The notes: generated by a model from the sequence alone, not told the origin. A stretch of 64,000 nucleotides of DNA from Eledone cirrhosa (GCA_964016885.1 CAXHJY010001155.1:1-64000), one strand, 5' to 3'. Counted from the first letter of the stretch, positions 24,006-39,350 are shown. Program-made: numbers and translations.

Positions 24006-26394
24006 ACTTTATAAACCACAAAGTTAATAGAAATACAGACTCATACGAGTCTATTATCTGGGTGCTCTTGGTAACATTCATTATTTCTGAGTCCATCCAG
24101 CAGTAGAAAACTTGTCAAGCAAAGGATAGAGAGGTCTATTCAGTTGTATCAGAGACATGACAACCTACCTAGTGCTGGTACCACAAGCATGGGATACTCT
24201 AGAGAGAGAGTATATACGCGTGCAGGAACTTATGTAAGCAAGATGTAGACTCAAACCCATCTGTGAGATCAGTAACTCTGATTAAGTACTGACTTTATCT
24301 GTTATAACCTGTCCAACTCTTGTTAGCAGGGAAAACAGACATTGAATGATGTTGATGATGGTGATGACGACAATCCACATATTGCAGGCACTTTCTTTTA
24401 CCAATTCATACATAATGATGATGATGATAATGATAATTAATTAATTAAATAAATAAATAATAATAATAACCGGCCAGGCCACCATAGCTGTAGTCAGTCA
24501 GGTCATTGCTAATGTTTTATTGATATAACAAATTGATTATCTTCTCTATATTCTAGATCCATCATTCAGATTTGCCATGTCTATTGTTTAAGTTGGTCTT
24601 CTAAAGCAACTGAATTACATTATTGTTGTTGTTCTTTAGTCCAAGGTCAGTCATGATATCACCTATACGATACATATAGTCAAGTGGTTAGTGTGTTGGA
24701 TTCACCATCATAATGTAAATAAAAATTCTAGACTGATCATTGTGTTCTTGAGCAAGACACTGTATTTCATATTGCTTTTTATAATAGGATTGGGGGGGGG
24801 GGGGTCTGTCATTAAAACACCCAAGAAACCTCCTATAATATGCAACTTTGTAGGAGGTCAGCTAAACCTGCATAGGTGTGGGCAGTAAATTTCATTTCAA
24901 TGAATGGATCAAATTGAAATCTTTAAAAGTGAGTGGTTCTGTTTCACAGAATCAGTGGTGGGATTTAGGAAGGGAAGTATCAAAAGAGTTAAACTTAATT
25001 TTTATTAACCATTTTGATAGCAAATTACTTGAAATAAGGTTAAATAGGAGTCTTTCAAAATGGAGTTTTTTCTTAGACACAGAGGTGTGTTTTGGGAGGG
25101 TTGGTATGAAAAGGGTTAAAGTTGATTGTTATTAAGCCTGTTGGCAAGTATTCAACTACTTCAATAGAGATGCTAGGCTAGAATCATGAATCATTGATGA
25201 TTTATGACCTGTGATAAACCACAAAACACAGCAAATGGCTGGTGATAATAGGTTGGTGGGGAGATGGGATCTTATTTATTTTAATGTTGAAAGGACATAC
25301 TTTTATTGTGCACATTATTTTACAAGCTGCTTAGCTTATATGTTAGAAAAGAACTAATGTATAATAGGTCAGTAGTAAATTTGTGATTGGAAAATAGCTA
25401 GCTTGCATGATTTCAATGATAAATGAAACCCTACACAAGACTGATTAAGAGCTTGACCTGAATTCCAGGCTATGAACTCCATTCAGTGGAATTGACCAAG
25501 TAGCTCAAGTTGCAGGAAATATATAATAATTGGAGAGATCTGCAATAATGAAAATCAAATCATACCACCCATCCCATATGCGAAGGTGACAAATTACACT
25601 TGGTTTTGTTATGGCTAAAAGACAGGAGGGATTAGTGGTACATCAACTTCACATATCACACTTATAACATTCATCATCATTACAGCCATTATCATCATCA
25701 CCACCCTTATCATTATCAACCTCATTATGACTGTCATTATCATTACTTTACTTCACTGGACTTAACATGCTGAACTACCAAACTGTGGGATATAAACAAA
25801 CCTCACCACTGCCAAGGAAGTGTTAATGCAAAAACACACATGCTGCAATAGTAAAAATGCGCACAATGCATTCTATAAAGTAGTTTGCATTAAGAAGGAT
25901 ATCCAGCTGTAGAAAACTTGCCAAACAAGGGTTGAGAGGACAGTTCAGCCATGTCAAGGACATGAAAGACTCATAGTACCATTGTCATGAGAAAATACAC
26001 TCAGTTGACTCAGCAGAATATGAGAATGAAATTAAATACAGACTGTGTTTATGACATAATAACCAAGTTATACCAGTATGGAAAAGTGAATGTTAATCTG
26101 GTCATGACCAATTTTCTAATGAAGGATACTGTATTTTAATTAATGAAGAATTTTGAGGGATTTACTAAAATTATTAATTATTTCATTACTAAGATAGTAA
26201 TTTAATGTAAGGTTCTTATAACAAGTTATGTTGGAAGATTTTAATTTAAACTGGAAACCTTTAAAATAGGTGGTTTTAATTCATAGAACTAGAGCCGGTT
26301 TTGTAACTAAAGGGTTAAAGAGAGTGGGGGCGGGGGGTAGCGTGCGTGCGTGCATCACTCTGGCATAATATAGCCAGCCTTTAGTTGGTAGGGA

Positions 26395-27975
26395 GAAACC
26401 TTTTGTTGTCAACAAACGTAGTAGTTCTCTGAAATATTTCTAGTGTTATTCTAGCTACTATACTTTCAGAGCACCTTTCCAACTGCCAATTCAGTCATCT
26501 AGGTAAAAGAAGCTATCAACTGCTATGGAGCTTTCTGGGGGTTGGAGAAAATTGTTGCTATGAACTGCCCTAGTACATTTCCTACATGCAAAGTCTACTT
26601 TTCTGTTAGTCTATCTATAATCCCACTACTTATTTTGCCTTGTGTATATTATATAGTTTCCACCTATTCCTTTTCTATATATTGAGCATAGCTACTTCCT
26701 TTATGGGACTGGAGTTCTGTCTTTTTCCTACTTATTAAGACTTTGGCCTTGCTAAATTTACTCAGAGTCCTTTTGGTTCTAAATACTGTTTCCACTATAG
26801 TAATTTTTTCTCTAACTCTAAAATATAAGCAATAAGAACGAGGTTATCAGCATACAGAAATTCCCATGGTCAACCAGTTTTAAACTCCTCTGCTATTGCC
26901 AGAACTGTAACAAGAGGGCAGGGCTGAGGCCAGAGCTTTGATGAACACCTAGCTACACATTGAATTCCTCACTAAACTCCTTCCCTATTTAGTTGTTTTA
27001 TCACTCCATAATTTCCATCTAAGTCCATCAATTTCACACCTATAGTTGCTTCTTTTAGAGCATCATTTTTCCCCTTATAGCAATTAATAATTATACTGCT
27101 ATGCTAATCATTGGCTATCACATCATCATGTTTTACCTGCCTATACCAGTGAATATATTGACTCCTACTTTGCCATTGCTTCTTTGACACTGTAACTGTC
27201 AATAGCTGGCCCCTCTGTTAAGTAAACTAAGGATAGTCCTTCTTCTTTCACTCATTCTCTAAATTCATCAACATCTCATAGTAACATTTTCAAGCCTCTT
27301 TCTGTTAAGCATCAGTGAGGCTAAGTGCACCAGAGTCATTCCCAACACACTTTTGCACAACATCCTGGTTCAGACTAGCACACTACTTTGCTATACAGAA
27401 CACAGCATGCCTTTGGTCATCACATTGCATATTGTTGGCAAACCGGCATTCAGCTTTCTTACATACTATGTAAACCTGTCATTTATATTCTCTTTTAATT
27501 TTATAATATTGTTCTTTACTGCCTCCATTTTCCAGTTTTTTATACACTTGTCTTTTAGTTTTAATGGCTATTCCACCATCAAGTCAGCTTTCATCTGGCT
27601 GACATTTTGCGCTAGCAACAGGCCATCAGTAGCTTGTAGTAGGTTGTCCCATAGAAACTTCCAGTTGTCCTCTATGCCACATGTGTCTATCTCCTACATT
27701 CTTTTCACATGCATTGTTGTACAGTTTTTCTGAACCTATATTTAACTGAGAGGTATTTTAGCTTACATACTCTCCTCCAAAGTATCCTGAATTTCTGATG
27801 TCATGGATAAAGAATTTATGTTGGTAGGTGGAGTAAGGGGACACATTTTCTATCCCAATTTCTAACAAACGAAGTTAATCTGCCAAGCATGTTTGCCTGA
27901 TTGGTAGGTGATGAAGTGCCTGGGTAGTTTCCTGAAATGTTATTCGCATCACTGAATTCTAGTAGCTTTGATCTG
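26395..27975 (-). mobile_element. RTE-clade LINE, decayed APE-RT segment
   Basis: Minus strand LLEFSDANN (APE), CYKGKNDALK and WKQYLEPKGL*VNLAKAKVLIS (RT); homologous to 1560-2965. Confidence 0.75.
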
Positions 27976-28343
27976 CTTGTATTTCTACACACATTATATA
28001 AATATATATGCAATATATATATGTGTGTGTGCATGTGTGTGCGAGTATGTGAAGGCGCATGGCATAGTGGTTAGAGCGTTGGGTTTCCAATTATGAGGTG
28101 TGTATGCGTGTGTGTGTGTGTGCATGTGTGTGTGTGTGTGTGTGTGTGCATGTGTGTGTGTGTGTGTGTGCATGTGTGTATATATAAATATATATATATA
28201 TTAAAAAGAATCGAAGTCAGTGTTGCAGCATAAGTACAAACATTATTGGCATATTACAAGTGTTTTGATATTGATCAGCTCAGAGTACAATATATATGTA
28301 CATATGTACATATATATATATATATATACATACATATATGTAT

Positions 28344-28388
<45 letters not shown>

Positions 28389-28469
28389 TATATATACACA
28401 TATACATATTACCAGCCACCTCATCTCACATCAATCAAGCGAACACAAAAGTCACATTGATTATTAGAT

Positions 28470-29032
28470 AAATGGACTGTAATAAATAATAGGGTCATCC
28501 CTAGGGAAGAATGCACTGCCCAACACAAGTTAGTTATTAGTGACATCAAAATAAGCACAAGACAGAGCAAAATATGCAGGGAAATATGGAAACAGAGGGT
28601 TTGAAAGCTAAAGGACTTTTTATTTAAATATAGGTTTAGAAACACCTTGTGGGATGCATTTGATAAGAGGGGTGATGAGCTAGATACATATGTATGACAC
28701 AGAGGATGACTGGAAATGTCTACATAACCTTTTGTAAACTACTGTTGAGACTTGTACATGTGGTTACAGCTCCCAAACTATGGTTCAGCTGTGAGAGAGC
28801 ATGATGAGGCCAACTGGCCTGTCCCTCCTCATAATAGTGCCATCCAGTTCCACACAGTAATTGTGGTTGGTGTTAGGAAGGGCATCTAGCTGTAAAAATT
28901 CCAGCCAAATTTACAGTCCTGTCTGAGCAAAGTATGGTGCAGCCATCTGGTCAGACTTTTCTTATGACATGGGCGAACCGTCTAACCCATGTAAACATGG
29001 AAAATGGACACACATTGATGATGATGATGATA
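28470..29032 (+). mobile_element. RTE fragment plus 3' tail
   Basis: EECTAQHKLVISDIKI..KIWKQRV*KLKD at 28505-28615; tail ending gtctaacccatgtaaacatggaaaatggac-(gat)n. Confidence 0.65.
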
Positions 29033-29183
29033 TATGACAGGCTTCCATACTACAGTTTCACTCACAGAACACTGGTTTACCTGTGACTATAGAAGAAGAC
29101 AGCCAGGGTTCTTAGAAAAAACTCCTTAACAACACAACCATATCTGCACCTCTCTCTCTCTAACTTTCTCACTCTTTCTCTGA

Positions 29184-29268
<85 letters not shown>

Positions 29269-29391
29269 TATGTGTGTGTGTGTGTGTGTGTGTATGTGTG
29301 TGTGTGTGCACCCACACAGAGATAAAGCAAATAGATATATATGGACTTAGTTTATATATATATATATAAAAACATGAGAAGAATATGTGTA

Positions 29392-29458
<67 letters not shown>

Positions 29459-29987
29459 ATATATATATTTAATATTCACATGCTTGTGTGTGTGTATGTC
29501 TGTGTGTGTACACATAAAAGTATGTATGAGGGAGAGAGAGAAAGAGAGAGAGAGAGAGTGTGTGAGAGACATGGGGGGAGTAAATGAGAAAGAGAGACAA
29601 GGAGAGAAAGAGAGTGTGTGTGTTTGTGTATGTGTACATATGTATAAGTTGTCAACATGATGTTCAAGTATATAGTTGGTAGGTATTAACATAGATACAT
29701 ACTATGTTTTCCATTTATCAATGTATTCATATAGTTTTCTGTTTACATTTCTTTGGATTCTGTGAGGAGAGTTGAACAAATGGAACATTTGAAGGGGAAA
29801 ATAAACAGGGAGAAGAAAAACTTAAAATTGTTTGTATTTGAATTGAATCAATAAAAAAATGGAAAATATCAATAGCGAGGTGTGTGTGTAGATGTATAAT
29901 ACATAGATAAATATGTGTATAACCCAGTATATGTGTGTATATATAAACACACACTCACATATATTCAATGTTACATCATCAGCAACT

Positions 29988-30685
<698 letters not shown>

Positions 30686-30689
<4 letters not shown>

Positions 30690-31085
30690 AAGTTATGTTG
30701 GTCCCACAACATCCAGGCCGAAACAAATGAGATCGTGTAGGTGTCACGACAAAAAACACACAGTCCACGCTGTAAATGTGGCCGTGTAGGCAACACGGTA
30801 AAAACCTCCCAGCCCCACACTGTAAATGTGGTTGGTGTTAGGAAGGGCATCCAGCTGTAGAAAACCCGCCAGACAGTCCACGCTGTAATGTGGCCGTGTA
30901 GGCAACACGGTAAAAACCTCCCAGCCCCACACTGTAAATGTGGTTGGTGTTAGGAAGGGCATCCAACTGTAGAAAACCCGCCAGACAGTCCTATGCGAGC
31001 AAGACAACCACTCTTGCCTCAAGTGGGAAAACCCCCGTCCAAACCCATGCAAGCGTGGAACACGGACGCTAAACCTGATGATGAT
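30686..31085 (+). mobile_element. Young RTE 3' UTR copy with internal ~111-bp tandem duplication
   Basis: Near-identical to 52979-53280, the UTR following the RTE ORF at 52636-52926. Block acagtccacgctgtaa..aaaacccgccag occurs twice. Confidence 0.85.
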
Positions 31086-31094
31086 ATATATATG

Positions 31095-31199
<105 letters not shown>

Positions 31200-31654
31200 T
31201 ATACATATATATATATATTTATGAATAAACATATATGTCTATGTATATATAACCTTACTGACTTGCATTTTTATGTATCTATATGTTTATGTATATATAA
31301 CCTTACTTTCTTGTGAACATATACATATATATATATATGTGTGTGTAGTTGTATATGTAAATACTCATTTCTGTGTGTGATAATTTCCTTCTTGAAATTT
31401 CATTATATTTTATCCAATATTTTGAGTAAGTGACTATGTATGCGTATATGTATGATTATATCTGTGACTATGTATGGTTATATATGTGGCTGTGTGTGGG
31501 CAAGGATATGCATATGTCATTGTTTTCTTTGTTAGTGAAATATTTTTTTCTTTCTAATTGAGACTTTTATATGCTTGAAAGTGGCAACTGCTATCTCAAG
31601 AAGAAACTAATTGAAGGATGGAGGGGAAACAACTTAAGATATTTTTGCACATAT

Positions 31655-31706
<52 letters not shown>

Positions 31707-32713
31707 AGAGATAGTGAGAGAGAGGTTAAAGAAAATATGAAAGAGAAAAGTTTGTAAAGGAACAAATTATAGTGACTTTTTAACTTGACTTTTACAAAAT
31801 TATGGTGAAAGGTTATTATATGATTAAATATTAGATATATTAAACATTAATCCTGTGAGAAGAGATAGCTAACATTCACATTTATGCTTTTCTTATTGCT
31901 GTTATTACATCATCATCATCATCACCGCCACCACCAGCATCATCATCATCATCACTATCAGTAATCTATAAACACACTTCAGCTACATGTCTTTCAAAAA
32001 CTACATGCTGTTCTCAAACAATTTTCTGTGTATCTACAAAAAAAGCTAATTTAACAATTTTCTCACATGTATGCACCTGTGTTTATATACATATATTTAC
32101 CAAAGGAAAACAACATTCTGTAAAGATGATAGGAAGGGCATCCAATCTTGCTAAATAAAGAGTGGTAAGGACTGTTTAGTTGTATCTAGGAAACGACAAC
32201 TAGCCTAGCACTCATGCAAAGATAAATACATCTAGCACACTCTGTAGAGTATAGAAATGTTTCTCAGCCAGACATATCTCCAGCCCATCTGAGACGTCAA
32301 TGGCTCCAATTGAAACTGACGTGTCCAACACTTCCACCCAGGGAACCAGATGTTAAATGATGATTGTGTGTTTCAAATTGCACGACTTTGCAGTGTGATA
32401 GAGAAAATAGAGATATTGTTCAGGACATGAGTGTTCTAAATGATAGTGGTGCACTTGCTCTTAACAATGCTAAGAACAGGTATGGGAACCTTGTATAGGA
32501 CATTGTTAAATGCAAAAAGCAGCAACTTGGAGTCAAGAGCATGGTGTTCCAGGCCTGACGGCACTATTTTCTCTCTCTCTTTGTGCGTGTGTGTGTGTGT
32601 GTGTGATTAAAGAAACAAAAATCTTTAAACATACATCTGTGCCTTTTCATTTTTTTACCAATAGTTTTTAATTTGTTTGGAAATTTACATCCTTTTTCAA
32701 CTATATATATATA

Positions 32714-32764
<51 letters not shown>

Positions 32765-32807
32765 TCATTTCATTTTACATCCTTTTTCAACTATATATAT
32801 ATATCTA

Positions 32808-32857
<50 letters not shown>

Positions 32858-32860
<3 letters not shown>

Positions 32861-33186
32861 TCATTTCATTTTACGTCCACTTTTCCCTGCTTGCAAGGGT
32901 GGGACGGGAACTGATGCTGGCTTGATTTCTACAGCTGGATGCCCTTCCTAGCACCAACCTCATTTACAGTGAGTGCTGGGTGCTTTTTTACCGTGGCACC
33001 TCCACGACCACTTTGCAGTGGAATGATAGGGACCCCAGTCCCTATCATCTCATTTCTACAGCTGAGTAAACTGGAGCAATGTGAAATAAAGTGTCTTGCT
33101 CAAGGAAACAACACATCACCCGGTCTGAGAATTGAACTCACAACCTTGCAAGGCCAATGCTCTAACCACTAAGTCATGTGCCTCCA
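32858..33186 (-). mobile_element. tRNA-headed SINE with RTE tail, family 2
   Basis: Reverse complement of 33905-34245; internal hairpin atgatagggac/gtccctatcat. Confidence 0.9.
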
Positions 33187-33252
33187 TATATATATATATA
33201 TCTAGATATATATATATCTATATCTCTATATATATATATATATAGATATATA

Positions 33253-33348
<96 letters not shown>

Positions 33349-33614
33349 TATATATAGATATATATATATAGATATAGATATATATATATATATATATATA
33401 TAGATATATATAGATATATATATATAGATATATAGATATATATATATATCTATATATAGATATATATAGATATATATATATAGATATATAGATATATATA
33501 TATATCTATATATAGATATATAGATATATATCTATATATATCTATATATATATATATATCTTTATATATATATATATATATCTATATATATATATATCTA
33601 TATATATATATATA

Positions 33615-33647
<33 letters not shown>

Positions 33648-33662
33648 ATATATATATATATA

Positions 33663-33705
<43 letters not shown>

Positions 33706-33730
33706 ATATATATATATATATATATATATC

Positions 33731-33767
<37 letters not shown>

Positions 33768-33782
33768 CTATATATATATATC

Positions 33783-33835
<53 letters not shown>

Positions 33836-33904
33836 ATATATATATATACATATATATATATCTATATCTATATATATATATATATCTATATATATATATA
33901 TATA
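33187..33904. repeat. (TA)n/(TC)n/(TAGA)/(TCTA) compound microsatellite
   Basis: Seen directly. Confidence 0.95.
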
Positions 33905-34243
33905 TGGAGGCACATGGCTTTGTGGTTAGAGCATTGTCCTTGCAATCGAAAGGTTGTGAGTTCAATTCTCAGACTGGGTGATGTGTTGTTTCCTTGAGCA
34001 AGACACCCTTATTTCACATTGCTCCAGTTTACTCAGCTGTAGAAATGAGATGATAGGGACTGGGGTCCCTATCATTCCACTGCAAAGTGGTTGTGGAGGT
34101 GCCATGGCAAAAAAGCACCCAGCACTCACTGTAAATGAGGTTGGTGTTAGGAAGGGCATCCAGCTGTAGAAATCAAGCCAGAATCAGTTCCCATCCCACC
34201 CATGCAAGCAGGGAAAAGTGGACATAACATGATGATGATGATG

Positions 34244-34245
<2 letters not shown>
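33905..34245 (+). mobile_element. SINE family 2
   Basis: Head ggaggcacatggctttgtggttagagc (A box)..gagttcaattc (B box), body ccttgagcaagacac, RTE tail and (GAT)n. Confidence 0.9.
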
Positions 34246-34274
<29 letters not shown>

Positions 34275-34294
34275 TATATACATATATATATATT

Positions 34295-34326
<32 letters not shown>

Positions 34327-35006
34327 CATATATATATATTTATAAAATACATAGGTATTTGAAATTTATGTTCTACAAGAGAAATTTCTTATGTCATTCA
34401 CTCACTAGAGATCTTCCCAAATATTTGAACACAGAACATGTAAATACATACACACATATAAGTTGCATGGGGCTCCAAACTATAAAAAACATGACAACTA
34501 ATCCAATATAGAATTGTTTTGTTTTCTTAATTTAGATGTGTTACAGACATATAGACAAATCTTGCCAGTTTTTTCAAATTTTCAAATAACGCAAGGAAAT
34601 CAAATAAAACTCAGGCATGATGATGATGATAATAATAACAACACTACAGATTAATACATAGAAAAAAATAAACAGCAAAAAGCTGAGAAAAATTTCATTC
34701 TATGTCATTTATAGCCATTTTTTAAAAATCATTATTATCAAAATTATTATAATTCTTGTTGCTGTTGTTGTTATTGCAGTCACTGTCTACAGATACTGTC
34801 TTTGCTATATTAAAGAAAAGGTTGTTCTTTTAAACAGAAAACAATTATTTTTTCCATTTTAATGACAACGATAATTGATTGTCCAAGATAAAAATTAAAA
34901 GTTTGCACATATAATATATGTGCATGTGTCTTTTATATATTTTATGTATATAAATATGTTTGTGTGTTTATATATATATATTATATTATATATATACGTA
35001 TGTATT

Positions 35007-35053
<47 letters not shown>

Positions 35054-35225
35054 CAAACACACACACAGCATATATATGTGTATATATGTGTGTGTTATAT
35101 ATGTATATTATATTTTATACACTATATAAACATACATATCTCTATACACTATGTAAATACTATCAAAGTGTATACAATCAATTATATTATATAAATATGT
35201 GTGTGAGTGTATACATATTTATATA

Positions 35226-35335
<110 letters not shown>

Positions 35336-35570
35336 TATATAGATAGATACACACACACACACACACATATATATATTTATTCACATTAACACACCTGCAT
35401 ATAAACACTAGTGCTCAAAAATTTAATCATACAAAGCAATCTTGTATTTTTAATTTCTTTGAATAAAAAGATATATAGATTGATAAAATAGAAATAGATA
35501 TTTATTTTGTAAAACACATCAATACATATAAATAAATATATAGAGTCTTTTCAAAAGAAGTTTCACATCA

Positions 35571-35654
<84 letters not shown>

Positions 35655-36165
35655 TTAGTACAGAAAGGAGATGTAGATATATATATATATATATATATTG
35701 TATATATATATATATATATATATATCCACTTGTGTGTATTTGATATCAATAAGAAGAGATAGAATGCCGAAAATAGCATGTTTAGGTTATATGCCTGTAT
35801 ACCCGTGGAACAGTTACTAAAGAAGCAACACAATATAACCTTTTGATAGAGATGGAAAAATTAATTGAAGTATGAAAGAAATAATATATATATTTTCCCA
35901 AAATTAAATAAAATAAAACAATAATTCTTTATCTTGGTGAAACATAAAAGCATTTTTTATACAACTTTTTTAATGAATAATTCTTTATTTTATTATTAAG
36001 AACTGTAGAGAAATTGCAAATATTGGTTGAGGAACACTAACTTTACATTAGTACATAAACACGATTCACAAAGATAGGTTTCAATATCTGATGTAAAACA
36101 ACATCCGGTTTAACTACTATAGTTAAAATTGTTTACTTTAGTTATCATTAAATTGTAAAAGATAT

Positions 36166-36213
<48 letters not shown>

Positions 36214-36344
36214 CCACACATATTCATATTTATATAAATGCATTTATTTATATATATATATATGTATTTACATACACACACACACATATATGCATATATA
36301 CACACATACATATACGTATATATACACACACACATACATATATG

Positions 36345-36386
<42 letters not shown>

Positions 36387-36407
36387 TACATACACACACA
36401 TACATAC

Positions 36408-36453
<46 letters not shown>

Positions 36454-36499
36454 ACCCACACACATAAGTACATGCGTTAAGGCAACAGTAATTGAAGTT

Positions 36500-36844
36500 T
36501 GAAAATTGAATTAGAAGCTTCTGCTGTATTTTGACTACAGAAAATAGTCAAATAACAGGGCATACAAGCTTCCATGATGGGAAAAAATGGGTATCAGCAT
36601 GCATGAGAATTGAACTGACACCTCTAATTGTTCAGGTATGAGTTAATAGTGGTATATGCAGATAAGTACCTCTTTAGTTGGAGGCTGTGATCAAATGAAA
36701 TTAGATGCTTTTGAAAATATTTTAACTACAGAAAATAGTCTAACAGGGTTGATTCCCATGTTGTCTGTTATGGAGGATTACATACCTATTGTTAGACTAT
36801 TTTCTGTAGTCAAAATGTGGCAAAAGCTTCTAATTCAAGTTTCA
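36500..36844. repeat. Fold-back or MITE-like element with ~50-bp inverted arms and an internal direct copy
   Basis: 36500-36549 versus reverse complement of 36795-36844; internal copy at 36698-36748. Confidence 0.65.
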
Positions 36845-36851
36845 TATATTT

Positions 36852-37350
36852 CAGCCCACACTGTAAAGTGGTTGTGTAGGTGCCACAACAAAAAGTACCC
36901 AGCCCACACTGTAAAGTGGTTGTGTAGGTGCCACAACAAAAAGTACCCAGCCCACACTGTAAAGTGGTTGTGTAGGTGCCACAACAAAAAGTACCCAGCC
37001 CACACTGTAAAGTGGTTGTGTAGGTGTCACAACAAAAGGTACCCAACCTACACTGTAAAGTGGTTGTGTAGGTGTCACAACAAAAAGTACCCAGCCTACA
37101 CTGTAAAGCGGTTGTGTAGGTGTCACAACAGAAAGTACCCAGCCTACACTGTAAAGCGGTTGTGTAGGTGTCACAAAAAAATGCACCCAGCCCTCACTAA
37201 AGAGTTGTTGTGTATGTGTCACGACAAAAAGCACCCAGCCCTCACTAAAGAGTGGTTTAGTATGTGTCACAACAAAAAGCACCCAGCCCACACTGCAAAG
37301 TGGTCCTGTAGGTGTCACAACAAAAAGCACCCAGCCCACACTGTAAATGT
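36852..37350 (+). repeat. 48-bp minisatellite (~10 units) amplified from an RTE/SINE tail sub-repeat
   Basis: Unit cagcccacactgtaaagtggttgtgtaggtgccacaacaaaaagtacc; runs into the ordinary tail at 37350-37420. Confidence 0.92.
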
Positions 37351-37479
37351 GGTTGTCATTAGGTATGGCATCCAGCCATAGAAACCAAGCCCTAGTCAGT
37401 TCTGTATGAGCAAGACATGGTCACTTGACTTTACTTGCCTCTAATGGGACAATCTGTGTAACCCATGCTGGCTCATGAA

Positions 37480-38175
37480 ATGATGATGGAGTGAGGCTCC
37501 TGGAATTCAGTGATGCAAATGAACTAATCATTTGCAACACAAATTTCAGGAAACTGGCCAGATATCTGATCATATACCAACCAGGTGAAAACACAAGCCA
37601 GATTGATTTCTTACTTGTAAGCCAATGAGATGGGCAGACAGTAATAATGCCAAGGCCTTCAGGGAAGAATGTACTGCCCAACACAAGTTAGTGAGATCAG
37701 GATAAAGACAAGATGGAACAAGATGGAACAAGATACACTTTTCCAGAGTCTTTCTTTTGAAGATTTACCCCAACTATATCCTGATTCACAGTGATCTGCT
37801 CCTTTGCAATTCAAAACACCTCTCTGATGTTCACACCGCAAGACATTAGCAAACTATCTCCTTTCAGCCTATTTAAAATCTGTTGTCTAGCCTCCCTGTT
37901 ATTGTCCTCTACTGAACCCATTTTTCCAGTCTTTCCATGCCTTTCACTTGGCTTTAATGGCCCTATCCAGTGTACTGTGCCACCACCATGTATCCTCAGA
38001 CTGGCTGGTGCTTTGCTCCAACTACAAGTCTCTTCAGTAATCTGAAGTAGGTTCTCATGTAGGAACTTGTAATTGTCCTCTAAGGCATATGTGTCTAGCA
38101 TATCTTCACTTTCTGTTGCCTTCACATAAATCTTTCCTGAATCTATACTTAACAAAAAGGTCTTTTAGCTTCCAG
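37480..38175. mobile_element. RTE fragments in opposite orientations
   Basis: 37480-37740(+) GVRLLEFSDANELIICNTNFRK..QIDFLLV (APE). 37740-38175(-) is the APE-RT linker (ETCSWSKAPAS..). Confidence 0.7.
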
Positions 38176-38747
38176 GTTTTCTTGTGTTTCTTCTTCCACC
38201 ATACTGGAAGGTTCTCAGATTCATCAGAATGATAGTTAGTAAGATATACATTGATAACTGACTAAGAAATGAAATAGTACTACAATAAAATATAAAGTAA
38301 AGTTTGGTTTAACTGCCTTGCTTTGCTCCTTGGCTGTTTAAAGATCTGACAAGATTTAAAAATGAAATAAAGTGTAAATTTGTATAGGAACAGCCATACA
38401 GATACTGAATTTAAGTGAGGGGGGAGATGGGGGGGGGGGGTCAATAAGCACTAACTATAATGTTCAAGAAGGCTCTTTAGTTAATAGGTGACTGCAAAAT
38501 GGAATAGCACTACAATAAAATATATAATGAGATTTGTATGTATGTGTGTAAACTACACACATACACTTTATACTTGAACATTATACTTGGTATTTATTTG
38601 GCACTCTCTCTCTCTCTCTCTTTCTCGCCCTCTCACTTAGATTCAGAATCTATCTGGTTGTTTCTATGATGTATGTGTTAATATAAAAATTATAAAAATT
38701 CCATTTTCCCATCAGCTATTGACGAATGAGCCTTCTTGGACATTCTG

Positions 38748-38790
<43 letters not shown>

Positions 38791-39009
38791 AATGTGGTTG
38801 GTGTTAGGAAGGGCATCCAGCTGTAGAAAACCCGCCAGACAGTCCTATGCGAGCAAGACAATCACTCTTGCCTCAAGTGGGAAAACCCCCGTCCAAACCC
38901 ATGCAAGCGTGGAACACGGACGTTAAACGATGATGATGATGATGATATATATAATAAAGAGCCGTGCCCTATAATATAGCCATACTCTACTACCCCAATG
39001 ATGGTATAT

Positions 39010-39350
39010 ATGGAGGCACATGGCTTTGGGCTTAGAGCATTGGCCTTGCAATCGAAAGGTTGTGAGTTCAATTCTCAGACCAGGTGATGTGTTGTTTCCT
39101 TGAGCAAGACACTTTATTTCACATTGCTCCAGTTTACACAGCTGTAGAAATGAGATGGTAGGGACTGGGGTCCCTATCATTCCACTGCAAAGTGGTCGTC
39201 GAGGTGCCACGGCAAAAAAGCACCCAGCACTCACTGTAAATGAGGTTGGTGTTAGGAAGGGCATCCAGCTGTAGAAATCAAGCCAGAATCAGTTCCCGTC
39301 CCACCCTTGCAAGCAGGGAAAAGCGGACGTAAAATGAAATGATGATGAAT
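39010..39350 (+). mobile_element. SINE family 2
   Basis: Near-identical to 33905-34245; preceded by an RTE tail stub at 38787-38945. Confidence 0.9.

Noticed and set aside
33905-33980. tRNA gene
   Set aside because: A and B boxes are present but continue into a SINE body in all copies; no complete cloverleaf or terminator.
36656-37381. 241-aa Cys/His-repeat ORF as a metal-binding protein gene
   Set aside because: Produced by a 48-bp tandem repeat of a non-coding retroelement tail; no other evidence of a gene.
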